Positions 50,143 through 63,119 of a stretch of 64,000 nt of DNA are shown piece after piece. The position numbers and the translations under genes are program-made. The first letter of the stretch is position 1; the number at the start of each line of letters is the position of its first letter. Location: NCBI GenBank assembly GCA_951406725.2, contig OX597814.1, positions 54,188,001-54,252,000 of the forward strand, written 5' to 3'. The notes under the pieces were generated by a model, which saw only the letters and a list, made by a program, of their open reading frames with translations, did not search any database and was not told the origin of the DNA. The stretch is from Octopus vulgaris. Lineage: Eukaryota.

Positions 50143-50769
50143 TGAAAATTTGTGCTGGCAGTGGGCCAGTAATAGCATCAGATACATTTCAGCCTTCTCA
50201 GGCCTTTCCAGTATCATGTACATGCAGCCAGCCACATGCTCAGATGAAAATTCATCATCTCTGATATAGGAAAAAATGAATAGAGCATTCTCTGAAGCTG
50301 CAAACAGCCACCCAGTTGATTGGAATGAAATACAGCTCATCATTTATATGCAGCAACTGAAGATGCAGAATAAGCAATGAATATTTCATTAGCTTGCCAT
50401 CAGGATTTAAAATCTGATCATGAGAAAAACTGTCAGCATGTGGGATAGCGTCTTATCCACTCCTAAATATTTAAAGACATTAGAATAAGCTCAAGTATAC
50501 TTCCAATCATGGCAGTATTTAACGGTGGATAATATACAAAAATATATATGTTTGTAAGATGATGATAATGTACAAGACTAGGAAAGGATATTTAATGATA
50601 AACTATCAGCATTGATAAATCTGATAACATGCAAATATCTGGATTTGCATAACTATACAATCTATCATGCTATATATATATATATATATATATATAAATA
50701 TTTAAATATATGCGTATTTATATTATTATATGATCGAATGCAACACATCCTTTTCCAAGTAAGTTTTAT

Positions 50770-50782
50770 CTGTCTCTCTCTG

Positions 50783-50867
<85 letters not shown>
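50770..50867. repeat. (TC)n(TA)n microsatellite
   Basis: Directly visible. Confidence 0.95.
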
Positions 50868-50872
<5 letters not shown>

Positions 50873-51291
50873 GAATGAAGAAAAAAATATTGGTAAGGAG
50901 GTCAGTCAAATATTTTATATATTTATTCTAATGGTTTTACCATTGGAATAAATAAATAGACAAATAAATAAATGCCAAAAGATATGTTGATAGGAGAAGG
51001 TAGAACTTGTTTCAGCAAAAGATTTATCAAACCAAGCCATGATGTGATGTGATGCTGGTCATACGTAAATAGATAAGGGCAAACAAGAATAAAAGATCAA
51101 ATTTTTGCTTGTGGTAACTTGGTTTAGTACAGATTAGATTTATCTTTCAAGGGACTCATTCAGGTTTTCCTTTTTCTTTTTTACCCACCCCCACCCCCAG
51201 CCCAGTATTTGTAGTAAACAAGTTGTTCGGATAACAGACAAGAGATTGAATTAACAACAAACTCAAAGATAAGGAAACTAGGATGATGATG

Positions 51292-51324
<33 letters not shown>

Positions 51325-51325
51325 T

Positions 51326-51722
51326 TCGAATTACCTCTATTTCCAGATCTTTGTATTTTGAAAGTTTCTCTGTTTCTCTACAAGAAATGGAAAAACTTTC
51401 AAAATACTAAGACCTGGAAATAGAGTTAACTTGAATGTGGAATCTAAAAACAGAAACAATTCCTATCATAGTAGGCGCATTAGGTATGATAAAAAGATAT
51501 TTAGACAAATACATAACAATAACACCAGGATTTACAAGTATATATAACATACAGAAAATAGCACTACTAGGCACCTCACACATCCTACAAAAAACACTTT
51601 TAATACAGTAAAAATAAGAGCACCACAACAAACCACAGCACGCCCCCAAGGCACACAGCACTGCACTCGGTAGTGTAGTGAAAGCACGTGATAAAAATAA
51701 GACTACAGAATAATAATAATAA
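51326..51722 (+). mobile_element. R4/Dong-like non-LTR retrotransposon 3' end in (TAA)n
   Basis: EMEKLSKY*DLEIELT*MWNLKTETIPIIVGALG...IQKIALLGTSHILQK (restriction-like endonuclease C-terminus); (AAT)n on both sides. Confidence 0.88.
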
Positions 51723-52161
51723 GCCTTTATACTAAAGGCACAAATCCTAAAATGTTGGGGGAGGGGACTAGCCAATTACATTGACCCCAGTGTTTCACTG
51801 GTACTTAATTTATCAACCCTGAAAGGATGAAAGGCAAAGTTGATCTTAGTGGAATTTGAACTCAAGTACCGCTAAGTATTTTGTCTGGCATGCTAATGGT
51901 TCAGCCAGCCTGCTGCCTTTATAAAATAATAATAACAATAATAATGGTTTCAAATTTTGGCACAAGGCCAGCAATTTCAGGGAAAGGGGCTAAGTTAATT
52001 ATGTCAACCCCAGTACTCAACTGGTATTTATTTTGCCAACCCCGAAAGAATGAAAGGCAAAGTTGACTTCAGCGGAATTTGAACTTAGAATGTGAAGATG
52101 GATGAAATGGTGCTAAACATTTTGCCCAGCATGCTTATGATTTTGCCAGCTCGCCACCTTG
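51723..52161 (-). mobile_element. Two tandem family B SINE variants
   Basis: gaaaggcaaagttga...ggaatttgaact core twice; tails differ from the 35537 type and end in (TTA)n on the minus strand. Confidence 0.8.
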
Positions 52162-53093
52162 GTGATGATGATGATGCTGGTGATGATTATTATTGCAACA
52201 AGTTTTACTTTTTCTATTTCAAATGTGTGAAAAAAGCGATTTAGAATATAGAGCCTCTACAGCTCTATACCTCATACTTTATGTCAAACACATGAGAAAT
52301 GGTTTGGAGAGAGTGTATGTGGGTCAGTATGAGAATATGAAACAGTGTGCATGAATGCAAAAAAAGGAGAGAGAGAGAGAGATGTGCATGTGTGAATATC
52401 TAGAGTGAGGATTAGAGATAAAAATTAAAGAAATGTTTATTTTTATATACGTATGCATGTGTGTGTGTGTGCACATGAGTGTGTATGTGCATGCACATGC
52501 ACAAACTTATTCTTTTTCTATAGCTACTAGATTTCCAAAGTGTTGGCTGCAGTGACTATCCCATCCGCCACCATAGCCAATGCCTTTGTTAGCTCCCACC
52601 TGGCAATAAGTATTACTTCTTTCAATGATATGCAAAAGCAACTTCTTCACACCTTACCCCACACAAATACAACACATCTATTACTTGTAGATATGTGTAT
52701 GTATTGTTAGGTTCATTAATAGTTGTTGTTGTTGTTGTTCAGGATAAGATTAGTCATGAATATGATCAAAGATATTCCACTCATAACATACCTATTTTGT
52801 TTTTAGACTACATTACCCAATGTATCCTTCCTTTTAAGGCAGCAGGGTGCAATTTGAGAGAGATTTGACTGCTATTTCTAAATCAAGTAACCACTCAGAG
52901 GCACTTTTGTTGGTCTGTTCATTCTTAGATGCCACATGTTGTGACTATCACAAAAGGAGGTGGCTAAGGGATTTTCTATGTCAATTTCATTTTAGTGTTA
53001 GATTTCATCTGTAGCAATATTGTTTTCTTCATTGCTATCTTCACTGTTTGAGAAAAGTATTAAGAATGATCTCGTTTGAGATTACAAACATCT

Positions 53094-54259
53094 TTGGCCA
53101 GTTTAACGTTGTTGTAACCACTAACCTGATTGGTTGACATGTGACGCGATTTGTCTCCACTTATTTTCGCGCCACTGGTTGACATGTGACACGAGTGGTC
53201 TCTACATAGTTCGCGCCACTGGTTGACATGTGACGCAGTTTGTCTCTACATATTTCAAGCCATTGTTCCAAGCCAGCCAATCACGGCCTTTGGTTAAGAT
53301 TCCATTTGAGGCTCGTTTTGAGTCACCCAAACGATATATAAAGGAGTGTTTTCAGACACTTTTCGTCTTTGGTTTCTAGTCCTTGTGAGGACTAACCTCT
53401 GACCACACAGAACATACTCAACCATGTTCCAGTTCGAAAGGCAGGCGACTACCAAGCAAAACTATCTACGAAGATTTAGCTTGTACATAAGATGGCTACA
53501 GATTCAACTCATACTGTTAGTTTGAAAATCTCACCACGGAAAAACAGTTGCAGAATATCTATATCAAGAGAAAAATAACCAAGCAGAATATATAATGAAG
53601 ACGCTGCAAAAACCAAGCGACAGACACGACGTTATCGCCAACATCGTCTCTATCTACATAAGATAGCTACAGATTCAACTCAAGCGGTTAGGTGAAAATC
53701 TCACCACGGGAAAACGGCTACAGCAAATATATCTGAAAGAATATCCATATCAAGAGAAAGATAAACACAAGTGATTCAACTAATCTCAGCTCCGAGACAC
53801 AACATCTTGCTATTGAACTCTTACACTTCGTGTACCTCATAAACAGTAAATCAATTACCTGTCTTTAGTTTTAGTTCTTGTAAGAACTGGCTTCAGAGAC
53901 AGTACTGCTCAACCAAATGATATACGATTGTTCCTGCTACGACGCTAATGTACACTCAACACAGAGAGCCTACTATCTTCGCCGCTCCACCATCAGGTAC
54001 TTTTCTATGCCAGCCACACACACACACGAACACAAACACGTGTTGCATGCGCACGTACGTGCTAACGTTTACAAACTCCCAACATCAACACGATTGTAAA
54101 ATAAATAATGTTTATATCTCAAACAGAAGACTTGTTGTCAATCCACTTATGTTCTATTGTTACTGCATGTATTTATGGCTTGTAATAACTCATTAAGAAT
54201 GGGACCGCGTGTGATTGTATTCCCTACACAATGCGACCACATGTGATCCTGTTCTTACA
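53094..54259 (+). mobile_element. Probable long solo LTR
   Basis: Three 44-45-bp tandem repeats, CCAAT, TGAGTCA, TATATAAAG at 53335, AATAAA at 54100, ...CTTACA end; CATCT on both flanks, but the left terminus is uncertain (alternative TGT starts at 53110 or 53113). Confidence 0.62.
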
Positions 54260-54663
54260 CATCTATTAGTAGGGTGTTTATTACAAGGGATATGTTAGGG
54301 GCCTATATTTGCCTATGTAGTCTTGAACCTACAGAAAAGTCATCATCCCCATTATCTTTCCTATGGCTCCATGTCAAACCAATTCTAATAGAAAAATGGC
54401 CATATAGACTGTGTACTCAAGAGGTTGTGAGTTCTAATTTATTGAAAATGTTTGTCTGTACATTTGCCATTAGTTCATCAAGATATGGTAACCAGATACC
54501 AAGTTTCTCTGGGAAAGTTACTTGTGGAATGCTAGCTTTCCATCCAGAAGCTTTTGTCTCTCATTCATTCATTTATTACTACAGAAACTGGAATTAACCA
54601 CTGGCTTTATGGACCTTTTGGCCTAATTTGGAAAAGATGTTATAGAAACTAAATCAAGCATCT

Positions 54664-54891
54664 GTAACCGTTTTGACTTCAACCCACCTGAGACTGTCCC
54701 AGGTCCTGTAATATAAACCTCTTGCTTTAAACCGATCAAAATTAAAACCTGCCATTAAAATTTCATGTTAATTCATATTCCAAACATCAGCTTAATAATG
54801 CCAAAATTATTTCATTAAATTCTTCATTATTTTCAAAATTATTTGAAACAATGCAATGTATTTCAAAAAATGTATGGTAACAAAAAGTTAA
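54664..54891. mobile_element. piggyBac-like MITE
   Basis: Reverse-complement homolog of 23219-23447; ends ...AG|TTAA. Confidence 0.55.
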
Positions 54892-55786
54892 TATAGTTTT
54901 GCTGTCTAAAAAATTTCTTTGATTTAATCAGGGTGGGAACAGTAAAGCTCCATGAGTCTTTTCAAGGCCTTTGCAACCAATCAGAGGCAGTAATACCCAC
55001 CCCATAGACTTGGTTTGATGTTTGCAAAAGAGTAGACTCCTCCCAAAGGCCCTAGGGACCATGTCATGGTGGTGTTAAACTGGCCAGTAGATTAAGTCTA
55101 TTCATTAGACAACGCAGGATTAAAATGCAGTATTTCAGATTTATTAGTCTAAAAACCAACCTTCCTCATATATCATTATGTTATTTATTAGCAAATATAT
55201 GAGCATTACAGCAAATATTTCTTGGTCTACCAATCTGTTTCACTTGGATACCATTATGAAACCAACACAAAATAGTTTACCACTAAAGTTTCACAATTTA
55301 TTTCAATATTGTATCTGTACTAAGACAAACATATAGATAAACTTAGGTAACAAAATCAGAGATAAACACAAACAAATTCCTTCCAGTGCAGAAAGGGGCC
55401 AAGAGGTTATGAAAGGTTCATTATTATTATTACCATCATCATCATTATAACGTTCACTTTCCAATGCTCATGTGAAGGTTACTGAGGCAGATTTTCTACA
55501 GTCAGATACCCTTCCTGTAGCCAATGTGTACCTGTTTCCAAGCAAATAATACATGTAACTTTTATTAAATATGTTGAGTGCCATTTTCTTTCATTTGCCT
55601 ATTCATATAAATAAAAGTAATAACTTTATACCTTAATGCTTATATTAAAACATTAGTCAATTGAAAGTAGTTCAGAAATGACTAGTCTTTACTTCATTGC
55701 CTTAAATTGAGAAGAAAAGGAGGTAGGCATCTACTGAGCAGAGGCTGGCATCATACTTGATATAAAATCTCTATATTTATTGTTTT

Positions 55787-56089
55787 GTGGAGGCGAAATG
55801 GCCCAGTGGTTAGGGCAGCGGACTCGCAGTCAGAGGATCGTGGTTTCGATTCCCAGACCGGGCGTTGTGTGTGTTTATTGAGCAAAAACACCTAAAAGCT
55901 CCACGAGGTTCTGGCAGGGGGTGGCGGCGACCCCTGTTATACTCTTTTGCCACAACTTTCTCTCACTCTCTCTTCCTGTTTCTTGAGTAATGCTGTGATG
56001 AACTGATGCCCCGTCCAGCTGAGGGAGGAACACATATGCCCGAGAAACCGAGCCCATGAGCCTGGCTAGGTTTGAAAAGGGCGACGAAA
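55787..56089 (+). mobile_element. Full-length family C SINE, tail type 2
   Basis: Same head and body as 4831-5015; 14-bp target duplication ATATTTATTGTTTT at 55773-55786 and 56090-56103. Confidence 0.9.
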
Positions 56090-56142
56090 ATATTTATTGT
56101 TTTAAATTCATGAATCATGTGTGTTAAAGGAATAGGAGCAAT

Positions 56143-56600
56143 TCATCATCATAACCATCATTATAATGTCCAATTCTTCATGTCTGCATGAGTCAGATGG
56201 AGTTAATTGAAGCAGATTTTCTACAGCTGGATGCCCTTCCTGTTGTTGCCAACCCTCATCTGTTGCCAAGCAAGGTGATATTTTTCCATGGCTAGACATG
56301 TTTCCACAGAAGATTGGAAATGAACGACACTACTTGTATGTCAGTGACAATCATTTTACAACTATCACACAGTATCAAGACAAAAAGATACAAACATACA
56401 CACACTCACCCGCATGCACTTATATACATATAGGATGGACTTCTTTCAGTTTCCATCTACGAAATCCACTCACAAGGCTTTAGTTGACCTAGGGCTGTAG
56501 TAGAAAACACTTGCCCAAGGTGTTATACAGTGGGACTGAACCTGAAACCATGTGGTTGAGAAGCAAACTTCTTAACCACACAGCCACACTTGCACCTATG
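56143..56600 (-). mobile_element. Family A SINE head with RTE-type tail
   Basis: Head 56435-56600 and tail 56143-56390 on the minus strand. Confidence 0.8.
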
Positions 56601-57236
56601 TATCATAGGTAGAACATTCTTGAATCTAGATGATAAAGAATATAGCAGGTAAAAAATCAGAGCATAATTTGGCAGTTTAATTGACATCCAGACATATTGT
56701 TGTTTAGCTAAAGATCAACTGTGAATGATAGATCTATGATCTAAGATGTTCTAGTGTGACCATCCTGCCTTTTATTCAGACATAGTGCATTTATGATTAC
56801 ATTATCCAGTGTACTTTCCCTTCTATTAAGATGATAGAGTGTGACTAAAAAAAGATTTGGCTACTATTTCTAGCAGGTCAAGCTAGAGGGATCACATGGA
56901 GGCTTCCTGATTGACTTAATTTCAGTGAATATCAGTAGTATGGTTTAAATTCAGAAATATGCGTGGTGCAATGCAGTGTGAGGAGAGTCATTAATAGGAT
57001 TTTCAGAAGACAGATTAAACACAAAATGTGTTGAGAAAGTAACTAAACATTAAAAGCATTGGCTAATGCATAGTCTTAGTCTTCTATTATAATTCCACTT
57101 AAAATAGTAAACATGACATGAAAATGTTTTACCTGTGAGTAAAGTGTAATAACCTAACCCTAATTTCAACCAGGCTTTACAAATTTGTCTCAGTTCTAAT
57201 ACACACCCTAACTTTTCAAAGATCAAACCACAGTAT

Positions 57237-57460
57237 ACCTATTTCTTTACTAGCCACAAGGGGCTAAACACAGAGAGGACAAACAAGGACAGACAAACGG
57301 ATTAAGTTGATTATCTCGACCCCAGTGCGTAACTGGTACATCCAAAAGGATGAAAGGCAAAGTTGACCTCAGCGGAATTTGAACTCAGATTGTAGCAGCA
57401 GACCAAATACTGCTAAGCATTTCGCCCGACGTGCTAATGTTTCTGCCAGCTCGCCACCTT
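57237..57460 (-). mobile_element. Family B SINE
   Basis: Homologous to 35537-35772; flanking CA(C/T)AGTATACC duplication. Confidence 0.88.
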
Positions 57461-57496
57461 TTAACCATAGTATACCAACAGAATGTTGGTTTAATT

Positions 57497-57842
57497 CAGT
57501 GGTTCTCAACTGGTGTCTGTATGTCCCTTGAGGGTCCATGTAAGATTTTGAGGGTCCACGCAAGCAAAATAGTAAATTGGAGATCCAGAGTACTATTTTA
57601 AGAATTCATGAAAAAATTCTGCTTTAGATGTATTTATTCTAAGAATTAGTTAGCTTTCTTTCACTAATGTTTTATGTTGTTCAACTTACACAAGTTGTAG
57701 TGTGAAAAGCAAAATAGAAATTTTGAAAGGAGCATCTATAAAACTAGTTTTACACATCAAATGTCTTTGGTGGGGTTCACCAAAACCAGAATAGAATAGT
57801 AATCAAAGAAGTCTATAGGCAAAAAATGGTTGAGAATCACTG
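57497..57842. mobile_element. hAT (Buster/Charlie-type) MITE
   Basis: TIRs CAGTGGTTCTCAAC / GTTGAGAATCACTG; homologous to 7725-8062. Confidence 0.85.
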
Positions 57843-58324
57843 CTCCAACTGATGCTACTGCATATGCTTGGAATAAAAAAAGAAAGGAAAAATAAACCCA
57901 CACCATTTAAGTTATATATTTTGCAGCCTACAAGTTGAATTTTTCAGATCAAAATTTACAGTAAAAAATAAGGTAGATCAACTAATACACTTATAAATTC
58001 AAAAGAACTTTTTGAAGGACCAAAATTTCCATGTGAAATGCAGTAGGATTTGAAAAGATAGTGATGATGTTTGAATGTTTACACTATACACTACATTGAC
58101 TTGTATGTTAGAAACTATAGCAGCTCCCTTTGCTGAATTAGTACCCGAGGATTCAGGAGTAGATGTTGTTATTTGCTAAGAAGAGCTGCAGTTAATTTTG
58201 CTGTTTAATGCACTGGATAGACTGACACAGAAATATAATAAATACACTCACATATGTACATGTATGTGTCTGTGTGTGTGTGTAGTAAGCTATGGAATTC
58301 TTACATTCTCTCAATTTCCTATAA

Positions 58325-58460
58325 TTCAGACTGCCTCATGGTCCCAGCAGACAGAATGGAAAAGGCGTTGCCCAAGAAGATTGCTAGGGTGATGCACTGG
58401 AATAGCCACTCTGACTCATGGGTCTTGCATTTGTGAAGAGCCATCTCTGCCTTCATAGCG
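58325..58460 (-). pseudogene. CRE-like non-LTR retrotransposon C-terminal fragment
   Basis: Minus-strand translation ...HESEWLFQCITLAIFLGNAFSILSAG resembles the xWLxQRxSxAxxRGNAxSIL terminus of CRE-clade ORFs (recalled motif). Confidence 0.55.
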
Positions 58461-60734
58461 GTGAGTAGAGAACAAGCAAAAAGTCTAATGGAGATATTGG
58501 AAATATTCTCATTAAAGTTAAGAGTATTAGGAACAAATTATAATTGTTAATATATAATGAATTATTAATTAGCTGCATTATAAAAATCAGTTTGGATATC
58601 AATAAAGGATTAGGAAACTATAGCAACACTGAACAGGAATATGAGCTTAAGCTTCACTTAGCTCTCACATAAAGTTTTCTTTTTCATTTTTCTCTGATTA
58701 TATATTTGTCCATCCATATGTGTGGGTGGGTGGGGGAGGAGGGCAACTTCTATAGAACCTTTTAGAAATAATTTTTCACCGAGTGACTAAGATAAAAGAA
58801 GCAGATATTCTTGAAATTATTATTCCTCAATCTGAAAAATAAATCTAATTAGTAAACTGTAATGAATTTAGTTACTGGGTTTCTGCTGAAATTTTTTTTT
58901 TTATTGTAGGCTGTGAGGATTAAGTCCATCTTACTGCTTACAATCTATGGTTGGAAACTAGAAGTCCTACAATTAAATGAAGTAAAACAACAAAACCCTT
59001 TAAGAGAATGTTAGGAACTTTTAATCCACTTCAAGCATCAATGCTTATATAGAATCAATTCATATCAAACTATGAATTGACCCAGTAAATAAATAAATAA
59101 CTTTCAAGAACTTTTCTTTTGTCTTTTAAAAAGCTGCTTTAGTTAAAGACAATCAGTTTGTGTATTTGTATTTCTTCTTTTGTTCTGAAAACCTGTTCAC
59201 TACTTGGGAGAAATTTTTTAAGAAATTAGAAGAAGAATTTTTGTTTCTATTTTCCAAATTTTCTTAACCACAACAAGAGAAAATTTTGTCAAACAAAGTA
59301 AGAATGAATATGAGAGAGAGACAGACAGACAGACAGTTTTCACTTACTGAATCTATAGTTTGTCCACCAGTTGAACAGTCAATATTTCATGTAGTCGTCA
59401 AAACTGCACTGTGTCCCAAACTGAGACACTTCGTAGTTGCCCAGTCTACTTAACTATAAATAAATACCAGGGATAGCTGCAGCTCACTTCTTTTAATTGG
59501 CAGCAGCAAAAGCAGCACTGTTTAATTAACAGCATTGTGATTAGCAATTACAAGCCTGCTGTAGGCAATGAGAAACCACTCCAATGCATTCTCTCTAAGA
59601 GATCCTAAAATTGACAGGGTCTCTTGACAACATTCAGTACAAAAAAATCTGCTTCAAAGAAAAATGTCTTTTAACAAGACAAAAAAAAAAAGTATCAGTA
59701 AAACATCATCTCTTTCACTCTCGGGTTTAGAAAGCTGTGTGAAGTTTTAGCTGTTCCTAAAGTGATTAAAAGGCTTCCACAACAAAGAAGATAAATAATG
59801 CAGCCATTAATATGAAACAGCCTAAGATACAAGAAAAATTCTTGAAGGTTTTTATTTATTTATTTAAACTGGTCATTTAAAAGTCAAGTTGATAATGGAT
59901 ATTTCTGTCATTTTTTTTTGCCTTTTCTTGCAGTTTTATGTGCATTTTCTTCATGCTGTAGCCCATCACCATGACACCTATATCAAACACTGTACATACC
60001 ATTTGGACACTCTTATGTTTACCAAAATTATTTTTACAGGCAACATCATCATTTAATAGCCATTTTGCAAAGGTCAGATGGAATTTGTTGAGGCAGATTT
60101 TCTATGGCCAGATGCCCTTCCTATCACCAACCCTTACATGCTTCAAAACCAGGTAATATTTTCCTATAGCTAGACAGGTTTTTCCACTAGGCTAATTTAG
60201 TTATTTCTCTGTAAAAAAACACTACAAATCTATTTTTATGACCTTTCTCACTACCTAGAACCACTTCATTTGACACCTATCTAAACATTACCCTTCTCCA
60301 CTCTCATTTGATATTGATCACTCTTCTATGTTTGCCGTTCTCCTCACACTTTTGCAACCTAGTCACCCATACTTCACATTTTTTCTCTCATATATTTCTC
60401 ATGTATACTATATTATTTTTACTATTTTACTGTTCTTCATCTTTCTCCCAGTCATCATCTAACTCCTCTACCTTCCCTCTAACTCATATGTATCATTGAT
60501 CACCCTTCTGCCCTTGTTCACCATTCACTTCATCCACCTCACCTAACTGTACCCAATCTCTACAGTCCAGTCAGCACCTACTCTCCAAGTCATAATTATC
60601 ATTGACACCCCTCCACCTTTGTTAATTATATTCACACTACACTCCTGCTGCATCTCTAACTATCCCTTACTCCACCAATACACTTTTGCAACCACTACCC
60701 ACTCAACTTCTCTGTTGTCCCCACTCCCTTCTTT

Positions 60735-61283
60735 TCACTTTCTTGTACCTTGAAGGCTCATCTTCACATGCTGGTGAATATTAATGAGCTGATGTTTGAT
60801 ATTGTTGACCATTTCATCAATGCGTTGAGAAATTGTGTTATTACTAAGTGGAATCTTCTTCATAATGTTATCGGGATTTTCATGCATAACGGCTGACAAA
60901 ATCTCTTCCATAACTGGGTGAAGTAATGTTTCTCCAATTGTGTGAGACTTCCCGGACTTAGCAACAAGCAATGCAATGTTGTACAATGCAATCAAACCAT
61001 CATTCTCCTGTTTACTAGTTTTCTGGAGTAGCAAGTTGAATATTTGTGTTTGCTTTTTGAAAGAGGAGCTCAGTTGCAAAAAGTATGACAATGGCTTGTC
61101 CTTCTTGTCAGAATGCCTTGCATCAAAGTGATACTTCAAGTATGAAGGTTTCATTGCTTCATTGGTCAATGTTTGATAGCAAAGAAGATACATTGGTAAC
61201 TGACAGTTCTGAGGAGAGGGAATAAATCCAAACGATAAATAATCACTACTGTATTGTTGACAAATTTTCTTGACTGGAGGCAT
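60735..61283 (-). pseudogene. hAT Buster-type (ZBED5/SCAND3-like) transposase N-terminal fragment
   Basis: QYSSDYLSFGF, LTNEAMKPSYLKYH, AKSGKSHTIGETLL, KIPLSNNTISQRIDEM; truncated before the catalytic domain. Confidence 0.9.
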
Positions 61284-62105
61284 CTGTAAAGTGAAAATGA
61301 ACTTCTACAGACGGCGTCAGAAAGGTAGTGTGGCATTCCCAAAGAGAAGTTGATAGAGCAGAGTCAGGTGACATCTTTCCTGGAGCAAATATGGATTTTG
61401 TTCGTTTTTGGCTGCCAGCATTTCAAAAATTAAAGTTTATTGGAAATTTTTTAATTTGGCACATTAATATACCTTTCCAAGCTAAATTGCTGAAGTTATT
61501 TAACTTTTCCCAGAAAAATGATTCAAAAAAGTTATAGAGGTTTAAAGTTTGATCATTTTCACCCAGTCAAGAAACATGATTTCAATGCTGTCATTTTGTG
61601 CGTGACTGCACATTTTATCAACATCCTGAAAACAGCACTTGTGTTTTGATATGAAACCATAGAATTACACACGACATATAACCCCTCATACCTTTTTTTA
61701 TTTTCCAGAGTTTTCAGAAATTTTTTGCGAAATTATATTCTACATGCAGGACCTCATAGGATTATGCAAAAAAAAAAAAAAAGAGCGTGATTTAAAGCCT
61801 AGGCTACTTTGCTGCTATTTTTAGCACATACAACAACCATTCCAATGATTGTGCAACAAAAATATTTGATTGATAAAAAAAGTGCTTTTTTTTTTAATAC
61901 AAAGGGACGTCTCATGCGAGTAGTCAAATCGATAAAATTACATCCTTATTCTAGGCATGCCTAGATATAGGTAAATATAGACTTGATTTCTAAAAATTCT
62001 TTGTCACCCACAGAGCCCACCAAAATCTCAAATCACTCACCGTTTTCTAGAAATTTGCCCAATCACCCACCTGTAAGTTGAAATCGCCCACAAGTGGGAA
62101 GCTAT
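61284..62105 (-). mobile_element. 5' non-coding arm of the Buster element
   Basis: Minus strand begins CATAGCTTCCCACTTGTGGGGCG, resembling a CAGTGGTTCCCA-type TIR. Confidence 0.5.
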
Positions 62106-62282
62106 GATGTTGACGAAAGAACTTTGACAGACGTGTAAACTAAAACTAAAGTGAAGATTGAATAAATAGTGCATGTGTTTATTTGGCAAAAACAATAAAA
62201 AAATAAATAAAAATGACCATCTCCAAGTATAACAATATCTGTTTCAACACACGTTTTCACATCAAGAATCTTGCAAAATAAA

Positions 62283-62319
62283 CACACACACACACATATG
62301 TATATAAATGTCTTTATAT

Positions 62320-62358
<39 letters not shown>

Positions 62359-62461
62359 TTATTCTAAGTTATATATATATATATATTATAAGTTATATAT
62401 ATATATATATATATATATATAAGTTATTCTAAGTTATATATATATATATATATATATAGTT

Positions 62462-62503
<42 letters not shown>

Positions 62504-62541
62504 TATTCTAAGTTATATATATATATATATATAAGTTATTC

Positions 62542-62572
<31 letters not shown>

Positions 62573-62575
62573 TAT
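62283..62575. repeat. (TA)n array punctuated by AGTTATTCTAAGT units
   Basis: Directly visible. Confidence 0.92.
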
Positions 62576-63119
62576 GAGGGAGTGAGAAGTAAAAGAGAAA
62601 AGACACGAAAGGATGGGATGGGACATTGCAATAGTAGAACTTGGAAACTGCACATCTGTGTGGATTGTATATAAAGAATCACAAAATATGCTAAGTAGCA
62701 AATATGTCTGCTGTGCACTTCATAAGTGTGTGTGTGTGAGAGAGAGAGAGGGGGGAAGAGAGAGAGAGAGTTGGTTAGACAGGCATATAAATAGATGGAT
62801 CAGTGTATAGTAGAACTCTGATAAAGGAGGGGAGTGAATGAAAGAGAGATGAAGATAGGTAGAAAGAAGAAGAGACATAATTGAGAGTAAGCTAGCAAGC
62901 AATAGATACATAAATAGAATGAAGTACAGAAGTGGTAAACAAAGTAAAAAATAATTACACAAATACACAGACAGGGAAGAGAGAAAAGGCAAACTGAAAA
63001 GGAAGTTGTATGCAAAGGATTTTCATTGAGTAGTAGTAGTAGTAGTAGTAATTGTTGTTACAATTTCAACAATAAAGGAAACGTTAACATTGTTGCTGAA
63101 TAGAACTATTTCTGAACGT

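Noticed and set aside
53131-53262. CRISPR-like repeat-spacer array
   Set aside because: The intervening sequences are similar to each other, there are only three units, the context is eukaryotic and no cas genes are present.
59348-59455. Minus-strand exon ending at gtaagtg
   Set aside because: All frames are interrupted by stops; a UTR exon cannot be shown from sequence alone.
60735-61283. Domesticated ZBED/SCAND-type host gene
   Set aside because: The ORF is truncated before the catalytic domain, zinc-finger residues are substituted and a TIR-like end remains, consistent with a dead transposon.
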